A DNA stretch of 63,959 nt, the filler included, from Lenisia limosa (taxonomy: Eukaryota; Protista; Breviatea), in the NCBI GenBank assembly GCA_001655205.1. It is 13 parts of 13 records of this genome, joined end to end, with 100 filler letters (N's around TTAATTAATTAA, not from the genome) between each part and the next. Parts side by side here need not be neighbours in the genome. Positions count along the whole stretch, not along the records: positions 1 to 13,656 come from LPNZ01009432.1; 12 more parts are not named here. One strand, 5' to 3'. Below, piece after piece: positions 1 through 11,200 of this stretch. Below the pieces are notes generated by a model. That model ran no database searches. It saw only the letters and a program-made list of their open reading frames with translations, and was not told the origin of the DNA. Every line of letters begins with the position of its first letter. Position 1 is the first letter of the stretch. A program made the position numbers and the translations under genes.

Positions 1-1039
1 ATGGAAGTCATGGTTGCACACGGTGGTCACGTATGAGGTGCCCTAGTTAGCGTGATTTATTTTAAGCTAGATTTAGAACGTCATTTTTAGATATTAGTTA
101 AGCAAGGTTTACAACGTGTGATTTTTGGAGACTATTTGAGCAGGACCTAGGAACGCGATAGTTAAAGATATAATATAGATCTATAATTGATATTTCTTGA
201 GATTTTTTCAATCCGATATCTTCACCGATTGAGAAATTGATTTCAAAATATGAAGGGAGGTGGGCATAACGTACTCCGTCTACTCTTCAAATTGTGTTAA
301 CTATTTCCAAAATAATAATATTCACGGAGTCCAAGATGTACCGACTCGAACGCGTATATAGAGTATATGATGGATAAATTGAGACAAGGAAAATGATATG
401 ATAAATATCTACAGAATAAAATGATGAATGCTTAACTATTGAAGAATTGTTATTCTCAGACTGGATTGTTCGATTTGATCATGTCAATTCCCCAAGGAAA
501 ACAGGAAATATAATATTGTCCCGAATTATCACAACTANNNNNNNNNNNNNNNNNNNNNNNNNNNNNNNNNNNNNNNNNNNNNNNNNNNNNNNNNNNNNNN
601 NNNNNNNNNNNNNNNNNNNNNNNNNNNNNNNNNNNNNNNNNNNNNNNNNNNNNNNNNNNNNNNNNNNNNNNNNNNNNNNNNNNNNNNNNNNNNNNNNNNN
701 NNNNNNNNNNNNNNNNNNNNNNNNNNNNNNNNNNNNNNNNNNNNNNNNNNNNNNNNNNNNNNNNNNNNNNNNNNNNNNNNNNNNNNNNNNNNNNNNNNNN
801 NNNNNNNNNNNNNNNNNNNNNNNNNATATTCATAATCAATCATAACCACCTATAGCCACGAAAAAAGCCTAATAAAGCGAGAGAACCCTCATAAACACAT
901 CAATCAGACATACCCGACCCCCATTTTCCCTTCTCAATCCCAATCTGCTTACACCAAGGAGAAAAATATTAACAGCCCCAAATAGGACAAATACATATTA
1001 GCCCCAAAATCAACCAATCACTATCAATCCCCACTATTC

Positions 1040-4000
1040 CACCAACCTCAGAAGGTACATCCGTGATCATCGTGACATCGCTTACAAAACCAAGATTCAA
1101 CGAGCCGTTTCCCTGAGAAGATAAGATTTTTAATAGTCCTTGAGAGGCTAAAGCCTCGTGCAAAAGAGCAATACAATACATAATAATAATCGAGGAGGAA
1201 GAATAGCAAGAAAATTCATATTAAAAATCTAGAAAAACGAAAAATATGGAGAGCCCTTTATCGATTAAGGTCACCTATTTCACCTATTTTGCCACGTTTA
1301 TTCGCACAACTTCGGGAGTGGCTTGCCGTTATACTCCCCAAATCCACCATGGAATAATCTGGTTTACTAAATTAATTCACCCAAAACCACGAATAAATAG
1401 TCCAATTCACCCATACCACCCACTTATTATCCCCAAATCCACAATCAAATTTTCAAATTTTTAGCCCAATTTTACCCCTTTTCACCATTATCCTCCTTCG
1501 ACCCACCACGACTTCAGGCAAGGGCTTGCCGTTGTTTTCGAGGTAGTATACGTCCGCCGCCGCACTCGATGATAAAACTATCACCACCCGGAGGAAGTCG
1601 GGGTTGAGATCCCTGGATGAATCAGTTATAGTTTTGTTCAGGCACAGAATTGTAACATATTATTTTAGATTTGAGAAGGTACAAAGGACAAGTTTCTCGA
1701 ATGCATATCATCGATATATGCAAATGCATATCTTCTTGTTTATTGACTATTGCATCATGCGATAATATTATACCAGATACAGATGATATCATGTTTTCTT
1801 GTCCTTCAAAAATAACCACAACCTTCTCGTAATCTTCTTCTTTCTATCCATAGATTGTAATGAATATTCCAGTTCTTAAAAAGCCCCAGTAGAGCACTGA
1901 ATGATAGCAGTTTCTTTGAAGGGGTAAAGACAAGTTCCATTCAAATATCGATTTTTTAATTTATTCATTATAAAAAGGTAGCAGCCCGTGATAAAATTAT
2001 ACAAACTAAACACAATAAGTCCCGACACGGATATTTAGGTTTATCTTCAGTCAATCGTGTTAGCACATAAAACGTTTAGTTTATCTCATCCTTTAAAAAT
2101 GATACATATGGTAACCTAAACAGCCTTACTCTGACTAAACCGAAGCCCACCGGAATACTCTGAAAGACAGTACAGTTTCTTCAAACGGGTATAGAAGCCA
2201 CACGATGTCTGCCATGCTGAGAACAGCTGGAATTTGTGTGACACATATACAGTGGCTGCGGTACTTCTGAAAAAAAGGTTAGTAGCATGGTCAAAAGAGC
2301 AGTTAATAAATATCATATGATGATAATAGTGATAATGGTGATGATGGATAATGATTATAACAAAAATAAAGATGCTGATATTTGGAGAGTGGGGTAAGTT
2401 GGTGGGTGTGCAACAAGATTGAGGTTTCTGTGTGTGTGTGTGTTTGTGGGGGTGAACTAGTCAAATGAAATAAGCAAATAAACTCTGTTAGCTCCTAACA
2501 CAGGGTTTAAAACAAACAAAGCCCAGGTCAGCGCACCGCAGCATCCCATCACTCCAGCGTAACGGGATGTGGGGTAAAAATGCAAGCATAATTGGAACGT
2601 GAGGGGGGTATGACAGAATGCTGGGAACGCAAATACAGCCCCATCCTCCACATAATAACACATATATAAATACACTCCCAAGGGTAATAATTACCTCCCC
2701 CCCCCCCTTTGGGCTTCNNNNNNNNNNNNNNNNNNNNNNNNNNNNNNNNNNNNNNNNNNNNNNNNNNNNNNNNNNNNNNNNNNNNNNNNNNNNNNNNNNN
2801 NNNNNNNNNNNNNNNNNNNNNNNNNNNNNNNNNNNNNNNNNNNNNNNNNNNNNNNNNNNNNNNNNNNNNNNNNNNNNNNNNNNNNNNNNNNNNNNNNNNN
2901 NNNNNNNNNNNNNNNNNNNTATTGGTGGAGAGTAACATTACGGGATTACCTGGGGGTGTAACGGAGTTGGGTTAAAATTCCAAATATCGTCAAAATAAAG
3001 GGATATCAGCAGCGAATTCGAATAATAGCTTACCTTATTGCCAGCTCAAATACAATGTAATGGTATAACGCTTATAAGAGATATTGGATTATTGTATAAT
3101 ATACTATGATAATAGAATTGCCAACCCGAGTAAAAGAGGGTCTCATTGAGAGCCAGTTCGGTTGCCCCCTTAGTTTTGGCCTTGTCTTTCTCCAGGGGTT
3201 TTGGAGCGGTTGGGCTTATCGGGAGAGGCACTGTTTGGGTGTGAATGACAGGGGGGTGGGGGGGTGGAGTAAAGCTGGCTTTTCTTGTCATAAATTTTCC
3301 AATTTTACTCCGATTTCATTACAGCACTGTATAGTTTTCAGATACAATCCACCATTACCACCATAATCCCCAATGTGTCTTCTCAACTCCGTATCTCCGC
3401 TCACATAAAGGTACATTAACACTAGGACTTCAGGTTACAAAATACTTGTAAAATATCGATAGCTATCTAGGATTTATTGAGAAATCCAGTAATTGTTTTG
3501 AAACGAAGTGAAGCCCTACATAACATACAACGGAATTCCCCAAAAAATCCCCCCACAGTCCACGTCGCTCAATACGGGAAGGTCGAAGGTCACTTTTGGG
3601 TTAACGTGCAGCGGCCTTACTGTCCTATACATTCAGGTGCAGGTGCAGGGGGGTAAAATTGGAAAATTTATGAGACAAAAAAAAAAGCCCAAAATCAATT
3701 CTGTTGGCTGATGAAACACCAGGGTTGATAATTATCAACAAAACAAACAGACCCAGACCAATCGCTTCTGACCGCATCCCATCACTCNNNNNNNNNNNNN
3801 NNNNNNNNNNNNNNNNNNNNNNNNNNNNNNNNNNNNNNNNNNNNNNNNNNNNNNNNNNNNNNNNNNNNNNNNNNNNNNNNNNNNNNNNNNNNNNNNNNNN
3901 NNNNNNNNTGGTGGCTTGACCAATATTATCAAAACTTCCCCATAAAAAAACTCGAACACTTATCATCAGTTGTTATCGGTAATAAATGAGCCAAAATATT

Positions 4001-4700
4001 TTTGTACATTATAGAACGCCAACAAGTGCTGCGCAAAAAGACCCCACTCAACTTTGCCTGCTCCTTCTTCTGTGCGTCTTTCTGGCCTCGATATCCCCGC
4101 GATCGCCTTTCTTTGTGCTTTCGTCGATGTTTGGCGTTTGGGGAAACCACTTTAGGGGGCGGGGACATGATCACCCTTTGGGGCATGTTTGGTGAGATCG
4201 GCGATGACAGGAAGACTGGTGGCGGAGTTGGGAGAAGAGCATTTTCGTCAGGCTGTTGTTGAACGTCTTTAGGCTCAACATGGGGAGTGAAAGACTGGGA
4301 CATTTCGGCTGGTGCTCAAATCTACATTATTTATTAGAGGAATGCTGGATGTTGTGACTCTGTACAACGTTTACCGCGATTTCCCAGGAAATTCCGTTGT
4401 ATCTTAAGTGAATCTTGATATGAACGGAGGGGAAAGTGGGAAAGACTGGAAACTGACCAACTGGAAAGAGGAGGTACACTGTCGCGGATCGGTTAAAACT
4501 GGTTTGCCCGGAGGGCAAGTTGCCTCGGATCTGACCGAACCGGACAGGGTCTATTTCAATTAAATTATCCGGTTTTCGGCAAAGTCTTTCACGATGAATA
4601 CTACCTCGATATTGATAGAGAATCAAAAGTTATGCTTAATGATGAGCGGAGAGACGATGCCGCTCTTACCGACGCTTTCATCCCGAAGTTACCATCGGCA
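1040..4700 (-). CDS. Spliced gene with a BRAP2 (BRCA1-associated protein 2/IMP)-like N-terminal RRM-type domain; partial, boundaries approximate
   Basis: Joined exons (~2280-2150, ~1610-1510, ~1115-1045) read HCICVTQIPAVLSMADIVWLLYPFEETVLSFRVFR-DLNPDFLRVVIVLSSSAAADVYYLENNGKPLPE-GNGSLNLGFVSDVTM. This resembles the BRAP2 pattern (C+L.VP..++..D+..F...+R++R...VL+.F...A..FY..NG+.F). Pro/Lys-rich exons lie upstream (ORF 3929-4303). No RING or zf-UBP seen. Confidence 0.55.
3625..3785 (-). repeat. Intron-repeat R2 (whole intron); related copies at 2428-2552, 63862-63959, 44345-44411, 44690-44737, 56005-56040, 11318-11350
   Basis: 5' GTGATGGGATGC...(TT)TGTTTGTTTT...CAGCCAACAGA(A/G)TTGATTTT...CATAAATTTTCCAATTTTACCCCC...AG. 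Confidence 0.8.
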
Positions 4701-4984
4701 TTTCGCTTTTAAGTGTGAGCAGAGACCTTTTTTTCACCATCTATTTTGAAATTGTTTTCATTATACGTCTCTTTCTTCTGGTAGGTACCCTTCTGCCCTC
4801 GTTTCCTCTTGCTTAGGCTTCTCTTGCTCCCCTTCTGCTCAACTCTTACCTCACTTTTACTTGTCTTTGTGATTAAATTCTATTCTCGGCTTGGCTATTG
4901 GCTATTTTATCTAACCGTTCAGACTCTTGACTTGACTGTGTGAACACCTGCACTTTGACTGGAAGATCCCTACATTGCCCGACA

Positions 4985-7847
4985 ATGGTTGATCAAACTA
5001 CTGAAAGTAGGCAAACATAGAGATGCACTTTCACTTCTGGATGAAATTTGAGAGACGCCGATGATTTCATGTATCATGCATCCAGAGATATTGGTTTATT
5101 AATTCATAATAATGTTATTTTCCATTTCCATTATGACTCCCAGGACAACTGGCAACAGCCTCAACAGCTTCTAAGATCCCCGTTGCCCAGAAAGCAAATT
5201 GTCAGAATAGTGGTGGGGGGAGGTAGAAAGCACCATTATTTCCACAGTAGAACAGCCTTTTTTTATTATTGATTATATGACCAACAGAGTGATTGTTGTG
5301 ATGCCTTTTGTTCCATAATTGTTCCATTATGACACACCCTCCAGCTGCACCTTCGCCCGATGTTTACGAGCTTCGATGGGGCAACATGACCCTTATCCCT
5401 TCCCTGATTTATGGGTAAGCCATTTTTGGAGATTGTGGAGATACGCTTCACAGTCTTATCTGTTATTTTAGTTTTGTTTTGCGATAATTTCTCCTCCCCT
5501 CCCAGGTTTATTGTTGGATTCTTCTTCCTGTACCTCTTCTATCATCTTGTCGACCAGGAGTGGACCTATGACTACTTCCTTATCTACCTTGGGTACTACA
5601 TCAACGCTGGTGAGCTGGGGGGATGATGTGTGGAGTTGATTCCAGTTTTATTTGTTGTTTGTTTCATCCCATTTTACTCCTCTAAGGCATCATCATGGCG
5701 CAATACTACCCCATTAGCCCTATTCCGAGCCCAGTCAACCTCTATCGTCATCTTATTGCTGTTGTTTGTTCTGCCATCTTCTTTGCGGTTCATAAGATGT
5801 TCTTCCAATTGATCAATCTCGACATCGATAATCTTGCTGTGAGAAGGGGATGGGTTTTTATTATCTTTCCTCTTTCACGTGACTCTCTTGATTTGTCACA
5901 TGAAACTCATTGTTTAGATTGAGAAAACCGCGCATTTCACATGGATTATCCTAGGCTTCACAATGTTCGGGTATGCCGATATATTGGGTTATTTTGAAGA
6001 TTTTCTTTCCTTTCCTCGTGTATTTATGTCTCTCATTCTCTTCTTCGATGCTGTTTTTTGTTTATCTATTTTAATTTCTATTTCTCTGACGTCTTAGATT
6101 CGACCATGCTCACTTCCACAACCATCTCACCGGATGGATGAAGATCTCCACCCTCAGATGGATCACCTTCGACCTTGTTGCCTGGGCTATTTGGTTCCTT
6201 GTCTTCTACTCTCCGATCAATGCTGATGCTGGTAGGGGGTTATAGGGATAATAATGGTACTTCTGAGAGGGGGGGATGACAGTTTATCTTGATTTATTTT
6301 GTACATTCTCTAGTTATTCTAACATGCCTTGTTTATCGAGAAAGTCAAGGCTCTTTCTTTGAATCCTTTTTATCCCCCCCATTAGTTCATTTTGTAACCC
6401 ATTAAATCATTGCTCTAAATTCATTTCTTTTATATTTCAGGTGGTAACTTTTCGATCACTGGTGCTAATGGCTGGAATGCTTTCCTCCAATGGGTGAATG
6501 GGGGTGCTATTTGGTAGCGTTTGTAATTGCTATTCTGGTAAGACTTTCGCTTAAACTTGAATCCAAGGGGATACCGAATTCTAATGCTGATATTATACTC
6601 TGATTTTAGTTTGATACCCAAATGTTTATACATTTCATATCTGACAATTCAGTTCGTGATGTGTCAGCTGCTTCTCGAGTTTATGTGGACCGACTGGTTG
6701 GAAACAGTGACCTTCTTCAAAAGACACTCGGTGGGGGGTTGAATAAGAAATATGGCCTTTTTTTGAACAATTCAATCTGGACACAAGTTTTCTGTTTCAC
6801 AAAAGATATATGGTGATAGAATAGCTGGACTTGTTCTCAAATTGAAGACTCATATATACATATATTATTATTTGTAACTTTCTCTCACCCTTTCAGTTCC
6901 ACCGTGGAGCTTGTACTGTCTCAATGTGCGCCTTCGTGGCCCTGTTCTTCACCTTCAACTCATTTGTCGTTCTCCACTTCTTCTTTGGTTGCGAAGATGA
7001 CTCAGTTCATACTTCTGAGGTTGGGAGGGGGGGTGTAAGGGTGGTCCAAAGCCGGTAAAACACTTGATTTGAACAAAAAATTTGAGTTATCCTTCTTGTT
7101 TCACCCCACAGTTATGGCATGCTGTTCTCGCGGCAGGAACGTCTCCTATTATTCCAATGTACTCCTTCGGTATTTTCTCAAACATGTTCAACGATACTCG
7201 TCTCAGCCCACTTAACAGAAGCCTTTTGCGAAGCCTAGTCACTCTTGCTGGTGGGTGGTTAACACCAGTTATTTTGTTGCACAAATACAAATCATATTTA
7301 TGATTCTAGTACTAGAAACTTTTCAAAAATCCACATCTAAAATCTTTCATATTTCACAAATCCTGATTTTGATATTCCCAGGAATGGTGGTTGTCTACTT
7401 CGGCTGGCATTTTGCAGTCGCGAAAACAGGCATTGCTGGCAACCATGAGTGGCTTCATGAGGAAGATGTGGTATGAGTGGCTTCATGAGGAAGACGTGGC
7501 ATGTGGGGAGCTTTGGGAAAACAGTTAAATGTGTTTATTGCTTTATAATGTTCATACTATAGGATGTTTTGTTGTGTGGGTGGTGTAACCATTGGGGTGT
7601 TCGTGAGGATAGTGTATGTGGGGTTTCTATGCGTGAGTTTACTATTCATTCTGTTGATTCTTGTATTTGAAACATTAATCTAATGACTTAGGCTTTCAAT
7701 TTCCTCTGCGGTTTGCCCCTCTTAACACACAAATGGTTTACCAACAACGTGTGGGCAAAGAAGAAGGTCTCTTCTCTAACCCGTGTGATGAGTACCCCTT
7801 CTGAGCTCTCTGCCATTCGTGAAATGCCAGCTTCCTCTCAAGTCTAG
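4985..7847 (+). CDS. Uncharacterised polytopic membrane protein, about 12 exons
   Basis: GT-AG exons give a continuous hydrophobic protein: FIVGFFFLYLFYHLVDQEW, FDHAHFHNHLTGW, FVMCQLLLEFMWTDW, GMVVVYFGWHFAV; stop TAG at 7845-7847. No family recognised. Confidence 0.65.
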
Positions 7848-8299
7848 GAAAAGTTTCACATTCTGCTGTTGTTCTTATTGTTCTTGTTTCTATTTCGTGT
7901 TGTTGTCGATTTTTTGTTGATGAGTGGGTCGATCAGATTGAGTTTATTATTATTATTCAAATGGTGACGGACGTCATAAAGGGGACATACTTTTCAGCTA
8001 TCCATTACGATGATGGTTGGACAAATAGCACAACATAATCATCAGCATGGTGCCAAAATACATCAAACCATGTCCAAACACAGTAGATGCACCGCCAGAG
8101 AGTGTCTTATGCAAGTTGTTTTGTTCATAGCAACATGTCAATCGTTTGTTGCCTTATGTATTACAATGATCCTAATTGCAGAGATGGCAAAACATGAAAC
8201 ACTAAAATTACATTGAAACGGAAACAGGGAAACAAATACCATTACATTACTTCTCAAGAAGCCCTCTCAGATGCTCACTCACCACCACCCACCACTAAA

Positions 8300-11200
8300 G
8301 AGGTCAACGTTGTGCAATAAAGTTGAGGTTAAAACATGGTACATAAAGATCCGGCCGTTAAAGCAGGTGTCACTCAAGAACGTTATTAAATTGGAAAACT
8401 TGATTTCTAGATCTGGGTACAAATCCCGACCTTTCAATTATTGGTAACATACTTGCTATAAATCCAGCAATACTATCACCAACACATTCAGGGACCCTCA
8501 ACAAACCATCATCAGATCAACAGAGCCAGTCGGAGCCACTTTGTACTGAGATGTTATCTGATCACCAAGATCTAGAACCATGATTTGGTGATTTGGTGGG
8601 GGATATGGGTTATTTAAAAATAGGGAATAGTGTGCAATATCGGAAGACGTGAGGGGTGGATGAATGGCTGCAATTAAGAAGCATAACAAGGGGGGGGGGG
8701 TAAAACGAAGGAAATTTCGATGAATATTGGCGTAAAGTTAATAATCACGAACCGAATAAACTGAAACTCCAAACAAACAAAAACAAACAATAACAAGCAC
8801 GAGCAACCAACGTGCGGCGGCGGCGGGACGGGGGGGGGGGNNNNNNNNNNNNNNNNNNNNNNNNNNNNNNNNNNNNNNNNNNNNNNNNNNNNNNNNNNNN
8901 NNNNNACAACACACAACTTTTGATAACTACAAAACAAACAAAGCTAGGCCAGTAGGGTGAGGACCGTGGGCGACACTTATATATAGAAATTTGCTTAATG
9001 CTCCTAAAAGAGGCTCATACCGAAAACTTGCTCAGCCCATTCATTCCGCCGATTACGCCAGGATTCCAATAAAGCACTAGGGGCAGAAAGAGGCAAAACT
9101 GGGGAGGGTCAATGGCAAGGTTTTCTATGAAGTATACAGTTACCGGGATAAGTATTGACCGATGATTGAGTAAATCGGTCAAGGCGTATCCCGGTCAGTG
9201 TACATACACCGACTGCACCCGNNNNNNNNNNNNNNNNNNNNNNNNNNNNNNNNNNNNNNNNNNNNNNNNNNNNNNNNNNNNNNNNNNNNNNNNNNNNNNN
9301 NNNNNNNNNNNNNNNNNNNNNNNNNNNNNNNNNNNNNNNNNNNNNNNNNNNNNNNNNNNNNNNNNNNNNNNNGGGCTTCACTTCGGTTCGAAAAAATGAA
9401 TTTCTCGATAAATCCTCAAAAACTATCGATATTCTACCGGTCTTTTTTCGAACCGAAGTGAAGCCTTAGATACAATGAATTTCGATATTTACGATCTGCA
9501 TATCATATCATATGTAGATATATGTATATAAGAGTATGTTGCATTACCCCCCTCCCATCCCCTTGCGAATTGGGGGTGAGAAGGGATGGTCTTTACAACT
9601 GACAGTGACGTTATAACTCCCTGTCACCTCGTAGCCCGTCAGTTCCCTCCATCACACAGTCTAGCCAGCCACCAGCAAAGGAAAACACTAGGACGGTCAG
9701 GGCTATTTTTGTTGCTGAAAAGACATAATCATTGTTTTTGACCAAATACTCTAATCAAAACCTCAAAGCAGTAGTAAGATTCCGCAATACCCCCACTTAA
9801 CATTCCAAATTAATGACAATTTAAAACACAATCTCCATACCAGCAGCAAGATAAAGCAGAAGCAGAGCCGGACCTAGGCTGCCGGACACAAACAGATCTT
9901 TTGATCGTTGGATCCAGTCATGCGAGGCTGTGGAGAATACCGCCCATTTTGCTTTGGTATCAACAATCTCACCCCTGAATCGGATTATCAAATGCATTAC
10001 TACTCAAATGCATTACTACTCTACTCAAATGCATTACTACTCATATGCATTACAACTCAAATGCATTACTACTATATTACGAGTTTAAAACCATGCTATA
10101 AAATCAAGATTAGTATGAAAATCTTTAAAGAACAATAACTTACAAAGTGAAAGTCAGTTTTAAAGAAGAAAAGAAGGACAGAATGAAGGAAATAAAGCAA
10201 AACGTGAAATAAAGGATAAAAGAAGATGAAGATTTATCCCAACCTGTAGATTTCTCCTCCATAGATCTCAAGGCCTTGTTGTCGGTTCACTGCCCAGCAC
10301 CTAAACAATAAAACTACATCGCAGTTGATCTGAACCATCAAACTACATATTTAGCCTTGTGCATCTAATCCTTTTTTTAAGAGAAATAATATGATACATA
10401 CATGTACATATACAGTATTATATGAGAAATCTAGGGACGACAATACATACGCATATATTGAGTACATTTGAACAATAAGACGACAGATTAAACCAAACAC
10501 CTAAGCACCTGTACAATAAAACTAGAGATATCTGATCTTTTGTTTCTGACAACCTTCAAAAGATCTTCGTTGTTCCCAAAATAACGTCACATTATACCCC
10601 CATACTTGTAAAATACACCACTCCACATACTTGTTAAAAACCACACATACTTGTAAAACACTTTTGCCATCGTATGCAAGCTTTCTCCAAAGAACTTCAT
10701 ATTTTGGTTCTTTACCGTACGGACAGAAGAGAGGTCAATTATTGCTTGACAAGCCTCGGCCATGCATTTTCCAGACTACATCGGTAATTTGAATGTTTTT
10801 TGTATAAATAAGGACGAGTAATTATAGTACCAAGTCCAAGGTTTACAACCAACAAATGATGCATTCACAGAAGTGATTCACCCACCCTTTTGTTATCAGG
10901 ATCGTAGATGGGAAGAAGACACGTACTGTTGTCAAGACGATTGACCAGGCCACTCTGTCAAGGTTATATGACTATGGTTAAGATTACTCTTTCCAGGTCA
11001 AAGTAGGGTAGTACACAAAAGCGGTACAATATCTATCGGGATTGTTATGAGAACCAAGGTGTTTTTGGACCGTGGTGAAGCACTGGTTTTAGGTGAGATT
11101 TACTAATCATTTCTATCAAAGTTGTTTTAATGACCTAACCCCTAAAAACCGATCAAAGATTGCGGTTAAGAGTCACAGCGGTCTTTTTGGGGGTATTAGA

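Noticed and set aside
9600-9665. In-frame TGA just upstream of WRELTGYEVTG, hinting at a variant genetic code
   Set aside because: A nearby alternative AG acceptor explains it, and other gene models use ordinary stops (TAG 7847, TAA 36068, TGA 56138).
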